From assembly GCF_002087085.1 (NCBI RefSeq), contig NZ_MWQY01000005.1, positions 1-64,000 of the forward strand: DNA of 64,000 nt, given 5' to 3'. The notes under the pieces were generated by a model. The model searched no databases. It was not told where the DNA came from and was given only the letters and a program-made list of their open reading frames with translations. A program made the translations under genes and the position numbers. The first letter of the stretch is position 1, and each line of letters starts with the position of its first letter. This document shows positions 9,488-18,630 of this stretch, piece after piece.

Positions 9488-10179
9488 CAGGGGTTATTCT
9501 TCAGGCACGTCTGGATTCCTCCAGACTGCCGGCAAAGGCTCTGCTGGATCTTCAGGGTAAAACCGTTGTAGAGCACGCCATGGCGGCACTCAGGAAGCTT
9601 AGCTCCGCCGAGGTTTTTATCCTGGCAACGGACCCGGAGAGTGCGGATTTTTTCCGCCGAAAGGCGGAAGCAGAGGGATTTGAATTATTCATCGGCCCCA
9701 AGGAGGATGTCCTCCGGCGTTTTGCCGATGCCGCCCGTCACTACGGTCTCGATCTGATCGTCCGGGCTACCGGGGACAATCCTCTTGTTTCCTGGGAGAT
9801 TGCCGGGGAGTCCCTTGATCTGCAGAGAGAAGCGGCAGCCGATTATGCCGCATGTACGGATGCTCCCCTGGGAACAGGGGTGGAGGTCATCGCCGCCCGG
9901 GCCCTTCTTGAGGCGGACAGGCTGGCCAGGGATCCCTACGAACGGGAACATGTCTGCCCTTATCTCTACCGCAGGCCCGAGGAATATAAAATCAGCGTCT
10001 CTCCTGTAAGGGAATCCCGCCGCCTTCCTGAAGCCCGGGTTACGGTGGATACCCTGGAGGATTACCGGCATATTTCCGCTCTCTTCAGAAGTCTGTATAG
10101 GGGTACTCCAATAGCCCTGGAGGATGTTCTCGACTACCTGAAAACAGAAGCTTCAGGAAAAGCGGATACCTCCGGGTAA
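9484..10179 (+). CDS. SpsF-like cytidylyltransferase (acylneuraminate/KDO CT family)
   Basis: ILQARLDSSRLPAK, DVLRRF, RATGDNP, REHV and VTVDTLED motifs; GTGA overlap. Confidence 0.88.
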   Translation: MTGVILQARLDSSRLPAKALLDLQGKTVVEHAMAALRKLSSAEVFILATDPESADFFRRKAEAEGFELFIGPKEDVLRRFADAARHYGLDLIVRATGDNPLVSWEIAGESLDLQREAAADYAACTDAPLGTGVEVIAARALLEADRLARDPYEREHVCPYLYRRPEEYKISVSPVRESRRLPEARVTVDTLEDYRHISALFRSLYRGTPIALEDVLDYLKTEASGKADTSG

Positions 10180-10190
10180 ATGGCAGGACT

Positions 10191-11972
10191 ATGGGTAAAG
10201 AAGGAAGTAAAAAGATACTGGCTGTTCCGTCGGTACGCAGGGGAAACGGAAGCGGCCATCTTCATCGCATGCTGCACCTTGCCGCCGAGCATCCCCGCAG
10301 GGTTTCTCTTTTTCTCGACAGAACCGGAAAACTGACTCCGGGACCGACGATCAATCTGAAACCCTACGAGGAGTTTATCCGGTCCGAGATCGACTTTCGG
10401 CAGCTGCAGAAAGAATCCTGGAGTTATATTCTGCTGGACCAGCGGGAGACCCCGGTTTCTCTTCTTGCCGGTCTGAAGGAACTGATTCCCGGCACCCCTG
10501 TTGCGGCAGTCGATGAGGGCGGCAAACACCGCAAGTCTCTTGAATACCTTATCGATACCCTGCCGAGTCTTCGCCGGCAGGAATGCAACCTCTTCAAGCC
10601 TGACCTGAATCCGCGGCCGCTTCGGCGCAGCTTATACTACAACTGTCCTTTAAAATTCGAGAAGGTACTGATCAGTTTCGGTGGAGAAGATCCCAGGGGA
10701 CTTACCCTGCCCACCCTCATAGCTCTGGGGAAGATACCTTTTCTGTCCCGAACCTCCATTACCGTGGCCGCCGGCCCTGCCTTTCGGGAGCTCAGCCTGC
10801 CGTCGGATATCGAGATCCTGAGGGCTCCGGGGAACCTTCGGGAGTACCTGTCCGACTACGATTGCCTGATCACCTCCTACGGATTGACGGCCCTGGAAGC
10901 CCTTGCTGCGGGTATTCCTGTAGTCACGGTGAATCCCTCCCGGTACCACAGCCGTCTGGCAAAAAAGACGGGCCTTTTGGTCTGCGGCACGGGAAAGCCC
11001 GATGCAGGAAGACTGAAAAGAGCCCTGGAAAACCCTCGAAAGCTCATCGGCCGCTGCGCCCTGGCGGAGGAAAACCTGAGGGACACTGCTGACGCTGATC
11101 CGTCCCCGGCGGAGCTTTCCCCCTCAGCCTCAGTCTGTCCCGGATGCGGTGCGGCTCCCGGGAGGGTTCTGGGACGCTTTCCTGAGCGGACCTTTTATCG
11201 ATGCGCCTCATGCACCCTGGTTTATCAACAGCGCTGGATTCCGGATTCAACCGTTTACAACCACGCCTATTTTTTCGATGAGTACAAACGACAGTACGGA
11301 AAGAGTTACCTCGACGATTTTGCACATATCCGCAGCATGGGAAGGGAGCGGCTCAGGAATATTCGTATCGAAAATTCCGACCCGTCGCTTCTGGATGTGG
11401 GCTGTGCCTATGGACCTTTCCTGGAAGCTGCTCGGGAGGCCGGTTTCCGGATCGAAGGCCTCGAACCGTCCAAAGAAGCGGCCCGCTGGGCGGAGGAGCA
11501 CCTTGGATGCAGGGTTTCCCCCATGGGTCTTGAGGAGTTTGTCCGGAAGAATCCTCAGAAAAAATGGGACGTCGTAACTCTCTGGTATGTAATCGAGCAT
11601 TTTCCCGATCTGGAGAGTGCCCTGCAACAACTTTCCGGCATGGTAAAACCCGGGGGTATGCTGGCTCTGGGGACCCCCAACGGCGCCGGTATAAGTGCCA
11701 GAAGGAATCTGAAGAAATTTCTCGCCGCGAGTCCCGCGGATCACTATACAATTCTCAGTCCGAAATCGGTAAAACGGCTCCTGAAACAAAAGGGTTTCAG
11801 GGTGGAAAAAATGAGGATTCCCGGAATGCACAGGGAGCGCTTCCCGGTACTGTTCCGTATACTCTGGCCCTTCACTGCCGGGATAGCCCGCTTGCTGCGT
11901 CTGGGAGACACCTTCGAGGTGTACGCCCGCCGTATGGACAGGGAAAGAAAGGATAACTCCCGTGAAGGATAA
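10191..11972 (+). CDS. SpsG/PseG-like GT-B domain fused to Zn-ribbon + class I SAM methyltransferase
   Basis: GSGHLHR, LISFGGED, CPGC...CASC, LLDVGCAYG, WYVIEH and GTPN motifs. Confidence 0.8.
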   Translation: MGKEGSKKILAVPSVRRGNGSGHLHRMLHLAAEHPRRVSLFLDRTGKLTPGPTINLKPYEEFIRSEIDFRQLQKESWSYILLDQRETPVSLLAGLKELIPGTPVAAVDEGGKHRKSLEYLIDTLPSLRRQECNLFKPDLNPRPLRRSLYYNCPLKFEKVLISFGGEDPRGLTLPTLIALGKIPFLSRTSITVAAGPAFRELSLPSDIEILRAPGNLREYLSDYDCLITSYGLTALEALAAGIPVVTVNPSRYHSRLAKKTGLLVCGTGKPDAGRLKRALENPRKLIGRCALAEENLRDTADADPSPAELSPSASVCPGCGAAPGRVLGRFPERTFYRCASCTLVYQQRWIPDSTVYNHAYFFDEYKRQYGKSYLDDFAHIRSMGRERLRNIRIENSDPSLLDVGCAYGPFLEAAREAGFRIEGLEPSKEAARWAEEHLGCRVSPMGLEEFVRKNPQKKWDVVTLWYVIEHFPDLESALQQLSGMVKPGGMLALGTPNGAGISARRNLKKFLAASPADHYTILSPKSVKRLLKQKGFRVEKMRIPGMHRERFPVLFRILWPFTAGIARLLRLGDTFEVYARRMDRERKDNSREG

Positions 11973-13560
11973 AATTCGACGCATTTATATTCTGGGAGCG
12001 GGGACCATGCAGCTTCCGGCCATCCGTATAGCCAGGGGATTCGGATGGGAGGTAATCTGCGCCGACGGCAATCCTGATGCGCCCGGGAGGGCCGAGGCCC
12101 ATTATTTTGAGCATATCGATCTGAAGGACAGAGAGGGAATAGCGGAATCCGTAGTCGACTGGAGAAACCGGAGGGGCCTTGACGGGGTATTTACCGCAGG
12201 AACGGATTTTTCCGCCGCTGTAGCCTGGGCCGCGGAGAAGGCGGGTCTCCCCGGTATCCCGTATCAGAGCGCTCTGAAGGCCAGTGACAAATTCCTTATG
12301 CGCACAGCCTTCGCCGAAGCCGGAGTGCCGTCTCCCCGTTTTGCAGGGATAGAGAATCCCGACCAGTGGCGGGATGCTTTCGAAAAAGCAGGACTCCCCG
12401 CGGTGGTGAAGCCGGTGGACAATATGGGCTCCCGGGGAATCCGGCGGGTGGACACCCTCGAGGATGCCCGTTCCGCCGTTGAAGCCGCCTTTGTCTGCTC
12501 CGCCTCCGGCAGGGTCATAGTGGAAGAGTATATCGAAGGCCCGGAGTTTTCCCTGGATGCCCTGATTTATCGCGGTGTGTTCAGCCTCTGCGGTATTGCG
12601 GACCGGCACATACGCTTTGCCCCCTATTTTATCGAAGTAGGACACACCATGCCGTCAATCTTTCCCGAAGGGGACCGGCAAAGAATTATCGACACCTTCA
12701 GGAATGCCGCTTTTGCCCTGGGTATCGACAACGGGGCGGCCAAGGGGGATATCAAGCTGGGCAGATCCGGTCCTGTGGTGGGCGAAGTCGCCGCACGGCT
12801 TTCCGGGGGATATATGTCGGGGTGGACCTATCCTCTTTCCTCGGGAGTCGAGGTGACCGCGGGGGCCTTGAGAATTGCCGTGGGAGAGCCTCCCGGAGAT
12901 CTTGCTCCTGTACAACAGAAAACCTGCGCGGAACGGGCATTTTATTCCATCCCGGGCATTATCGACAGCATCGACGGTTTTTCCGACAGTATGGGAAGCG
13001 CCGCCTTTCTTCTGACCTCTCCGGGCAGCAGGGTGGAGTTTCCCCGGAACAATGTGGAAAAATGCGGTAATATAATCTGTGCTGCGGAAACCCGGGAGGA
13101 TGCCTGCAGCAGGGCGGAAGATCTCTGCCGAAGGGTCATCCTGCGCCTTGCCGCGGGAGGACGGGAGACCCTGGATTTTCTTCGCCGTCGCAGCCATGAA
13201 TGGGTTCCCGATGCTTTTACCCTGGAGGACCCGGAAAACCGGGATTGGCTGCGGGAACTTGAATATCTCCCGGATTTTGCCAGTCTGCGCAGCACGGGGC
13301 CGGTAATCCCCCTGCCGCCGCATCCCGAAAAGGAGACCGCCTGTGACTGGCTGGGCCGCAGTCTGACGGATGCCCTTGAACTGATACAGGCAAAGACCGG
13401 TGTACATGCAGCATCTGAACGGGGTAATGTGGGAAGACAGTTCTGGCTCGCTCTTCTTCGGGGAGGCTATCAGGGAGGTCTCTGGTTTCTCGATACCCTC
13501 AACGGTTCAGCGGACCAGACCGGATACGGAGAAATTGAGGAGTTTCCTGCAGGATGGTAA
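11962..13560 (+). CDS. ATP-grasp domain protein
   Basis: ILGAG, DKFLMR, VVKPVDNMGSRG, VEEYIEGPEFS and EVAARLSGG motifs. Confidence 0.88.
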   Translation: MKDKIRRIYILGAGTMQLPAIRIARGFGWEVICADGNPDAPGRAEAHYFEHIDLKDREGIAESVVDWRNRRGLDGVFTAGTDFSAAVAWAAEKAGLPGIPYQSALKASDKFLMRTAFAEAGVPSPRFAGIENPDQWRDAFEKAGLPAVVKPVDNMGSRGIRRVDTLEDARSAVEAAFVCSASGRVIVEEYIEGPEFSLDALIYRGVFSLCGIADRHIRFAPYFIEVGHTMPSIFPEGDRQRIIDTFRNAAFALGIDNGAAKGDIKLGRSGPVVGEVAARLSGGYMSGWTYPLSSGVEVTAGALRIAVGEPPGDLAPVQQKTCAERAFYSIPGIIDSIDGFSDSMGSAAFLLTSPGSRVEFPRNNVEKCGNIICAAETREDACSRAEDLCRRVILRLAAGGRETLDFLRRRSHEWVPDAFTLEDPENRDWLRELEYLPDFASLRSTGPVIPLPPHPEKETACDWLGRSLTDALELIQAKTGVHAASERGNVGRQFWLALLRGGYQGGLWFLDTLNGSADQTGYGEIEEFPAGW

Positions 13561-14582
13561 GGCCTTTCAGAGCATTTGTGCTTATTTTATCCGGACTGCT
13601 CCTGTGCTCAGCGGTATCCTTCGGGGATACCAATATTACGACCCTTATTCAGCGGGTAGGGGGAGAACTCCTGTGGGATCCGGTCCTGGAGCGGGGCATT
13701 GTCAACCGGGGCCGGCGGAGCGTTGTCTTCCAGGTGGGGATTCCTTTTCTGCTGAAGGATTTTAACGAAGTTACCGACATCGAAGCCCCCCGTCGAAGGC
13801 AGGATGGGAGCGTTGTTGTGAGCGATGAAAGCGCCAAAGCCTTCGTCTCCCTCTTCGCTGTCGACCAGCCTCAGGACTCCTTTACCATCTCCACCATTAT
13901 TATCGATCCCGGCCACGGCGGAAAGGATCCGGGAACCATCGGGACCCACAACATCGATGGAGAACGGCTCGTCCTGGAAGAAAAGGATCTGGTGCTGAAG
14001 GTTTCACAGTCGGTGGTTAATCAGCTGAAAGAGAACTTTCCCGACAAAAATATCATCCTGACCCGCAGTGACGACCGTTACCTTGCCCTGGAAGAACGGA
14101 CGGCCATAGCCAACGCCGTTGAACTTGCGGAGCAGGAGGCCATGATCTTCATGTCGATTCATGCCAATGCCTCCCTGAACCGGAAGGCCTCTGGTTTCGA
14201 GGTCTGGTACCTTCCGCCTGAATACCGGCGGGAAATCGTCGATCCCGAAGATCTGGACCAGGAGCAGAAGACAATCGCGCCCATTCTGAACTCGATTCTG
14301 GAAGAGGAATTTACCGTGGAGAGTATTCTGCTGGCAAAGGAGATTCTCGATGGCATGGAAACGACAATCGGAACCGTCAGCGGCAGCAGGGGGCTCAAGG
14401 AGGAGTCCTGGTTTGTGGTCAGAAATGCCAAAATGCCTTCGGTCCTGGTGGAAATCGGTTTTGTAACCAATCCCGAAGAGGCGAAGCTTCTGAATACGGA
14501 GACACACTTGCAGAAGATCTCTTCGGGCATCTATAATGGGCTTGCCGCCTACATACGGAATTTTGAGAAGAGCGGCGAATAA
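13554..14582 (+). CDS. N-acetylmuramoyl-L-alanine amidase (Amidase_3)
   Basis: Signal peptide; IIIDPGHGG, EK, SIHAN and LVEIGF motifs. Confidence 0.92.
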   Translation: MVRPFRAFVLILSGLLLCSAVSFGDTNITTLIQRVGGELLWDPVLERGIVNRGRRSVVFQVGIPFLLKDFNEVTDIEAPRRRQDGSVVVSDESAKAFVSLFAVDQPQDSFTISTIIIDPGHGGKDPGTIGTHNIDGERLVLEEKDLVLKVSQSVVNQLKENFPDKNIILTRSDDRYLALEERTAIANAVELAEQEAMIFMSIHANASLNRKASGFEVWYLPPEYRREIVDPEDLDQEQKTIAPILNSILEEEFTVESILLAKEILDGMETTIGTVSGSRGLKEESWFVVRNAKMPSVLVEIGFVTNPEEAKLLNTETHLQKISSGIYNGLAAYIRNFEKSGE

Positions 14583-14607
14583 TTCTCTCTTTTGCAAGGA
14601 TGAGTCT

Positions 14608-15087
14608 GTGACACTATCAAAAAAGCCGGACACCCTGACCCTTGTCACCGGTCTGGTGCTTCTGATCCTCTTCGTCCTGTCCCTGGTCCTCTATATCATG
14701 GATCCCTATAAACAGATACAGCGAAAATTTCTCTTTGTCAGCGAAGCCACCATGTCTCTCGCCGGGGAAGTACGGTCGGTGCCTTTCTCAAACGACAGAG
14801 AAAGAAACATTGCAGCATATATAGAAGAGCTTCTTCTGGGACCTGCGGCCCTGAGGCTGCAGAGCATTTTTCCTGAAAATACCAGGCTGAACCAGCTGAA
14901 ACTGGAAGATAAAGTGCTGTATATTGATTTCTCCCGGGAAATGGTCTTCAATCTCGACAATCATCCCCTTACTCCGGTTGAGATTAAGGACCTGGTGGTC
15001 GACAATCTATCTGTAAACTTTCCCGGATTAGAGAAAGTGATCATCACTGTAAACGGTCTCGAGCCTGATTTCGAGATCAAGGAGTAG
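14608..15087 (+). CDS. GerMN-domain protein
   Basis: N-terminal TM helix; EELLLGP, YIDFS and VIITVNG segments; GTG start assumed. Confidence 0.7.
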   Translation: MTLSKKPDTLTLVTGLVLLILFVLSLVLYIMDPYKQIQRKFLFVSEATMSLAGEVRSVPFSNDRERNIAAYIEELLLGPAALRLQSIFPENTRLNQLKLEDKVLYIDFSREMVFNLDNHPLTPVEIKDLVVDNLSVNFPGLEKVIITVNGLEPDFEIKE

Positions 15088-15137
15088 GGAAAAGGATGGA
15101 GGTTTGTTTCGAAAAAGAGAGAAAAAAAGAAAAATCG

Positions 15138-15165
15138 TTGACAAAAATGTATGGGTACGTATAAT
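15138..15165 (+). promoter_or_regulatory. Consensus sigma70 promoter of flaA with A-rich UP element
   Basis: TTGACA-16 nt-TATAAT preceded by A-tracts; AAGGAG Shine-Dalgarno before the ATG at 15207. Confidence 0.85.
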
Positions 15166-15206
15166 TTTAATTGGCTAATGCAATTAATGTGAGAAAGGAG
15201 CAATAA

Positions 15207-16157
15207 ATGAAACGGTTTGCAATCCTTCTTTGTCTTCTCATGGTTGTTTCCGGAATGACGATCTCTGCGGAGGAATCTGTATTAATAGATTTTGCATCTC
15301 TGACAGCAGACACCGAAACCGGTGAAAACGAAGCGACAATGGTTGATTTCAGTGACAAAGCCGGTACCAGTTTCTCCGATGAAGAGAAGGAGAGGATGAA
15401 GACCTCTCTTGCGATCGACAACTGGGATGTCCAGCTTTCCAGTTCCTCCCGGACTGTCGCCAACCAGCGTTATTCCATGACCCGGGAAGCCCCGGTAAAG
15501 GATACCGCTCGTCGTTATGCCGGCGAAACAATCATGGGCATAAGGGTTCACTTTCCCCTGGAGTCCTACAACTCCTATGCGGTTGTTAAACCTCCCTTCG
15601 AGATTCCGGCGTATTATACCCCGGAAGAACCGGACAAGTTTAACAACTTCGGCGTTCTGAAGAATGTTGGTGTTATCAAGAGTATCTCCATGAACGTTCT
15701 CGGAAAGAACTATCCTCACCGGATAGGTCTGATTCTGAAGGACCAGAACAACATGGAACAGACCATCATCATGAACAATCTTGAGTTTGACGGATGGAAG
15801 ACTCTTACCTGGAATAACCCCAACTACATCGAAGAAGTTCGAAACAGGGAAATCCAGAAATTCCCCCTCTATCCGAAGACCGCCCCTAACTTCAAGCTGA
15901 TCGGTATCCTCGTATTCCGTGATGCCATGCATGAAGGCGGAGACTTCGTGACCTACGTCAAGGACGTGAGCATGACTTACGACCTCGCGGTTCTCTCTCT
16001 GGAATCCGATGTCAACGACGAGGAAATCTGGGGTATTCTCGAGCAGCGTGAAGAAGCCCGGCGTACTGCCGAGTTCGAGCGCCTTGGCAACATTCAGGTT
16101 CTGCGTTATCTGGAAGCCCAGAAGATGCACCAGGAACCTGCTGAAGCTGAAGAGTAA
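15207..16157 (+). CDS. flaA: Flagellar filament sheath protein FlaA
   Basis: Signal peptide; LIDF, WDVQLSSS, GIRVHFP, PPFEIPAY, GVLKNVGVIKSI and FDGWKTLTW motifs. Confidence 0.93.
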   Translation: MKRFAILLCLLMVVSGMTISAEESVLIDFASLTADTETGENEATMVDFSDKAGTSFSDEEKERMKTSLAIDNWDVQLSSSSRTVANQRYSMTREAPVKDTARRYAGETIMGIRVHFPLESYNSYAVVKPPFEIPAYYTPEEPDKFNNFGVLKNVGVIKSISMNVLGKNYPHRIGLILKDQNNMEQTIIMNNLEFDGWKTLTWNNPNYIEEVRNREIQKFPLYPKTAPNFKLIGILVFRDAMHEGGDFVTYVKDVSMTYDLAVLSLESDVNDEEIWGILEQREEARRTAEFERLGNIQVLRYLEAQKMHQEPAEAEE

Positions 16158-16196
16158 GATCCTCTCCCTGCAACAAATCAGTAGCTATCAGAGACC

Positions 16197-16226
16197 GACC
16201 CCTCGGGAAACCGGGGGGGTCTTTTT
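16197..16226 (+). terminator. Rho-independent terminator of flaA
   Basis: GACCCCTCGG-GAAA-CCGGGGGGGTC followed by TTTTT. Confidence 0.8.
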
Positions 16227-16407
16227 ATACAGGCTGTGTTCATCAGTGTCAGGAGCGTGGACGGACAACGGAGCTTATCCGCTGCTTGGGGCAACGCAGT
16301 AATGGCCGTCTTTTTTCTGATTCGGATGATCCATCTGTCGCAAGTGCGCTACTCCCCCACGCTTGATGTCCGATCTGAGCTTCGCGGCCCGGGGGGATCT
16401 CTGCAGA

Positions 16408-17274
16408 TCAATCGAGGGAAAACCGGAAACCAGCGGTAAGGGAGAAGAGGTAAACCCCGATTCCCGATTCTGCAAGATCGATGAAGGTATCATTCGCCTC
16501 GCCGAAGGAGTAGATATTGCTTTCCAGGTCGAAGAATACATCGAGCCTGTCTGAGCTGCGTACATCGAGGCGTGTTCCGAGGACAAGAGAATTAAGGACA
16601 TGTTCAACGGTTGCGGCTTCTATAAAGGACAGTGTGCGTGTCTGGTAGGCAAAGGTGAGCTTTACCCGGTAGGGCCTGTTTTTCTGATAGACATCCGTAC
16701 TGAAGGCGTACTGACGAAAGTGGTTCTCCTTTTCTCCGGAGGAGGTTTTCTCGGTATAGGTTTTATTTTCGAGGGAAACCTCACAGATTGCGTTGGGAAT
16801 ATAGAATCCGACCCCTAGAACACTTTTTTCCTGCAGATAATCCCCGTCCCGTACAATTCTACCGCCTATGCTCGAGTCAGCCCTGAGCCGCGCAAATATG
16901 GTTCCCGGAACATCCACCAGGACTTCAGTGGAGATTCCCGGTTTCAGGATTGTATCCCAGTCATTGAGAAATCCAAAAAAGGGACCCGCCTTAAGCTGAA
17001 AATAGTCGCTGCGATAATTCAGAAGGGCAGAGACGGAATAACGAAGAACAGGATCATAATAGAGGCCTGTCTCCAGGCTCAGGTTGTCAGCAACCGGGGC
17101 GTTCGCAAATACTGATACGCCATACAGGTAATCGGTTCCGCTTATATCGCTGTCATCCTTTTTTCTGTCCGGAGAAAGGTTGAGGCTGCCGGCGTTAAAG
17201 GAAGCTCCGATCTCTAAAGCAGAGAGGGATAGTGCAAGGATAAGCAGAAGGCTAATACAGATTCTCTTTTTCAT
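16408..17274 (-). CDS. Exported hypothetical protein, probable outer-membrane beta-barrel
   Basis: Signal peptide; alternating beta-strand pattern; C-terminus LTAGFRFSLD. Confidence 0.65.
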   Translation of the reverse strand: MKKRICISLLLILALSLSALEIGASFNAGSLNLSPDRKKDDSDISGTDYLYGVSVFANAPVADNLSLETGLYYDPVLRYSVSALLNYRSDYFQLKAGPFFGFLNDWDTILKPGISTEVLVDVPGTIFARLRADSSIGGRIVRDGDYLQEKSVLGVGFYIPNAICEVSLENKTYTEKTSSGEKENHFRQYAFSTDVYQKNRPYRVKLTFAYQTRTLSFIEAATVEHVLNSLVLGTRLDVRSSDRLDVFFDLESNIYSFGEANDTFIDLAESGIGVYLFSLTAGFRFSLD

Positions 17275-18435
17275 TCAGAACTCCGCGCGTACGCCCAGAA
17301 AGGCATAGAACATTTGAGATATATCATTCATCTCCGTCGCAACCCAGCTGAACTTGAGGTTCCATACTGCTCCGGAGGTTATAAAGCTCAGGTAAGGACT
17401 GACGACCCCGTCGATATCCGAATCGTCGTTGTAATGGATGGTCCCTTCGATGCCGCCGGCCAGGGGACTGACTTCCGGTTTTCCAAACTGCAGGTTGATA
17501 TTGGTGTGCATCTCGCCGGTTTCGTCGGTTCCTGAGATCACATATTCCTTATAATAGCTGGGATGGGAAAAGAAGGTGAAGATGAGGCTGCCGCTGCCGA
17601 AATGAATCCGGGGCTCGAAGAGAAAATAGAAGAGGCCTATATCCATATCCTCTTCCCCCGGGATGAGCCTGGGGATTCCCACCTGGACAAAGAACTCACC
17701 CCTTTCGCTGGCGAAAAGCCCCGCCATAAGGCCCCCATGGTACAATCCGTAATCCCCGTAGGGGTAACTGCCGCCGGCAAAGGCGTCGAGCTTAAAGAAC
17801 TCCCTGTCCACCGACCATCGCAGATCGCTGGTAAAATGTCCCCGGCCAAGATAGTTGTCCTGATAGGTGTAGACGGACAGCAGCTGCCAGGGGCGGCCGA
17901 AATCGGTCTGCAGCTGCAGGCCCGTACCATCCACGGTGTACAGACCATCGTAGACCACGGAGTCGGGAAAGTAGAAGCGTCCCCGGAAGAGAGAAGCCAC
18001 AGGGTTAGAGCCAAAATAGGAGGGAAAGATTTCACCGTCGCTGAAGGTATCGATTTCACCGGTAAAATAGGAGATATCAAGGGGACCGTAAAAAGCCTCC
18101 CGCACAGTTACCTTCGCCGATTTAAGGAACACATAGGAGCTGCTGTTCAAATAACTGATAATTTCCTGGTCTGTATCCCCCGCCTCCAGACTCTCCCTGG
18201 GAGGACCGATACTGTCGCTCTCAATTCCGAGGCTCAAGGCTCCGCCGAGCTTATAGCCTCCCTGGATATTGATGTCTATTTCTCCAAAGGTATCCAGCAC
18301 AAAGCTGTCATCCTCAACTGAACCTGTGGTTGTCAATTCCATTTTAGAGACGGTAAGGTCCGCCGAAATCAGTTTTACCTGCGGAATGAGCAGCAACATG
18401 AATACGACGAATCGGAACACATAGCGTTTTTGCAT
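17275..18435 (-). CDS. Exported hypothetical protein, probable outer-membrane beta-barrel
   Basis: Signal peptide; Gly/aromatic-rich strands; terminal YAFLGVRAEF ending in Phe. Confidence 0.7.
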   Translation of the reverse strand: MQKRYVFRFVVFMLLLIPQVKLISADLTVSKMELTTTGSVEDDSFVLDTFGEIDINIQGGYKLGGALSLGIESDSIGPPRESLEAGDTDQEIISYLNSSSYVFLKSAKVTVREAFYGPLDISYFTGEIDTFSDGEIFPSYFGSNPVASLFRGRFYFPDSVVYDGLYTVDGTGLQLQTDFGRPWQLLSVYTYQDNYLGRGHFTSDLRWSVDREFFKLDAFAGGSYPYGDYGLYHGGLMAGLFASERGEFFVQVGIPRLIPGEEDMDIGLFYFLFEPRIHFGSGSLIFTFFSHPSYYKEYVISGTDETGEMHTNINLQFGKPEVSPLAGGIEGTIHYNDDSDIDGVVSPYLSFITSGAVWNLKFSWVATEMNDISQMFYAFLGVRAEF

Positions 18436-18630
18436 CGGATTACCCCGTTACTTACAATTGTACACCCCATTCGCAGGGTAACTCAATTGCGGCCTTCTTA
18501 TATTATCGTTGATACCGGGGGAAGACTGTATAGCGGGTATACGAAAGATTTGCCGGCCCCTTTCAGTAAGTCAAATATCTCAAAATCGTGCTTGACTTAA
18601 CGCTATATATATATAAAGATTAATTCCAAG

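Noticed and set aside
16227..16407. Small ORF or sRNA between the flaA terminator and the barrel gene
   Set aside because: Only short ORFs without support and no clear structure.
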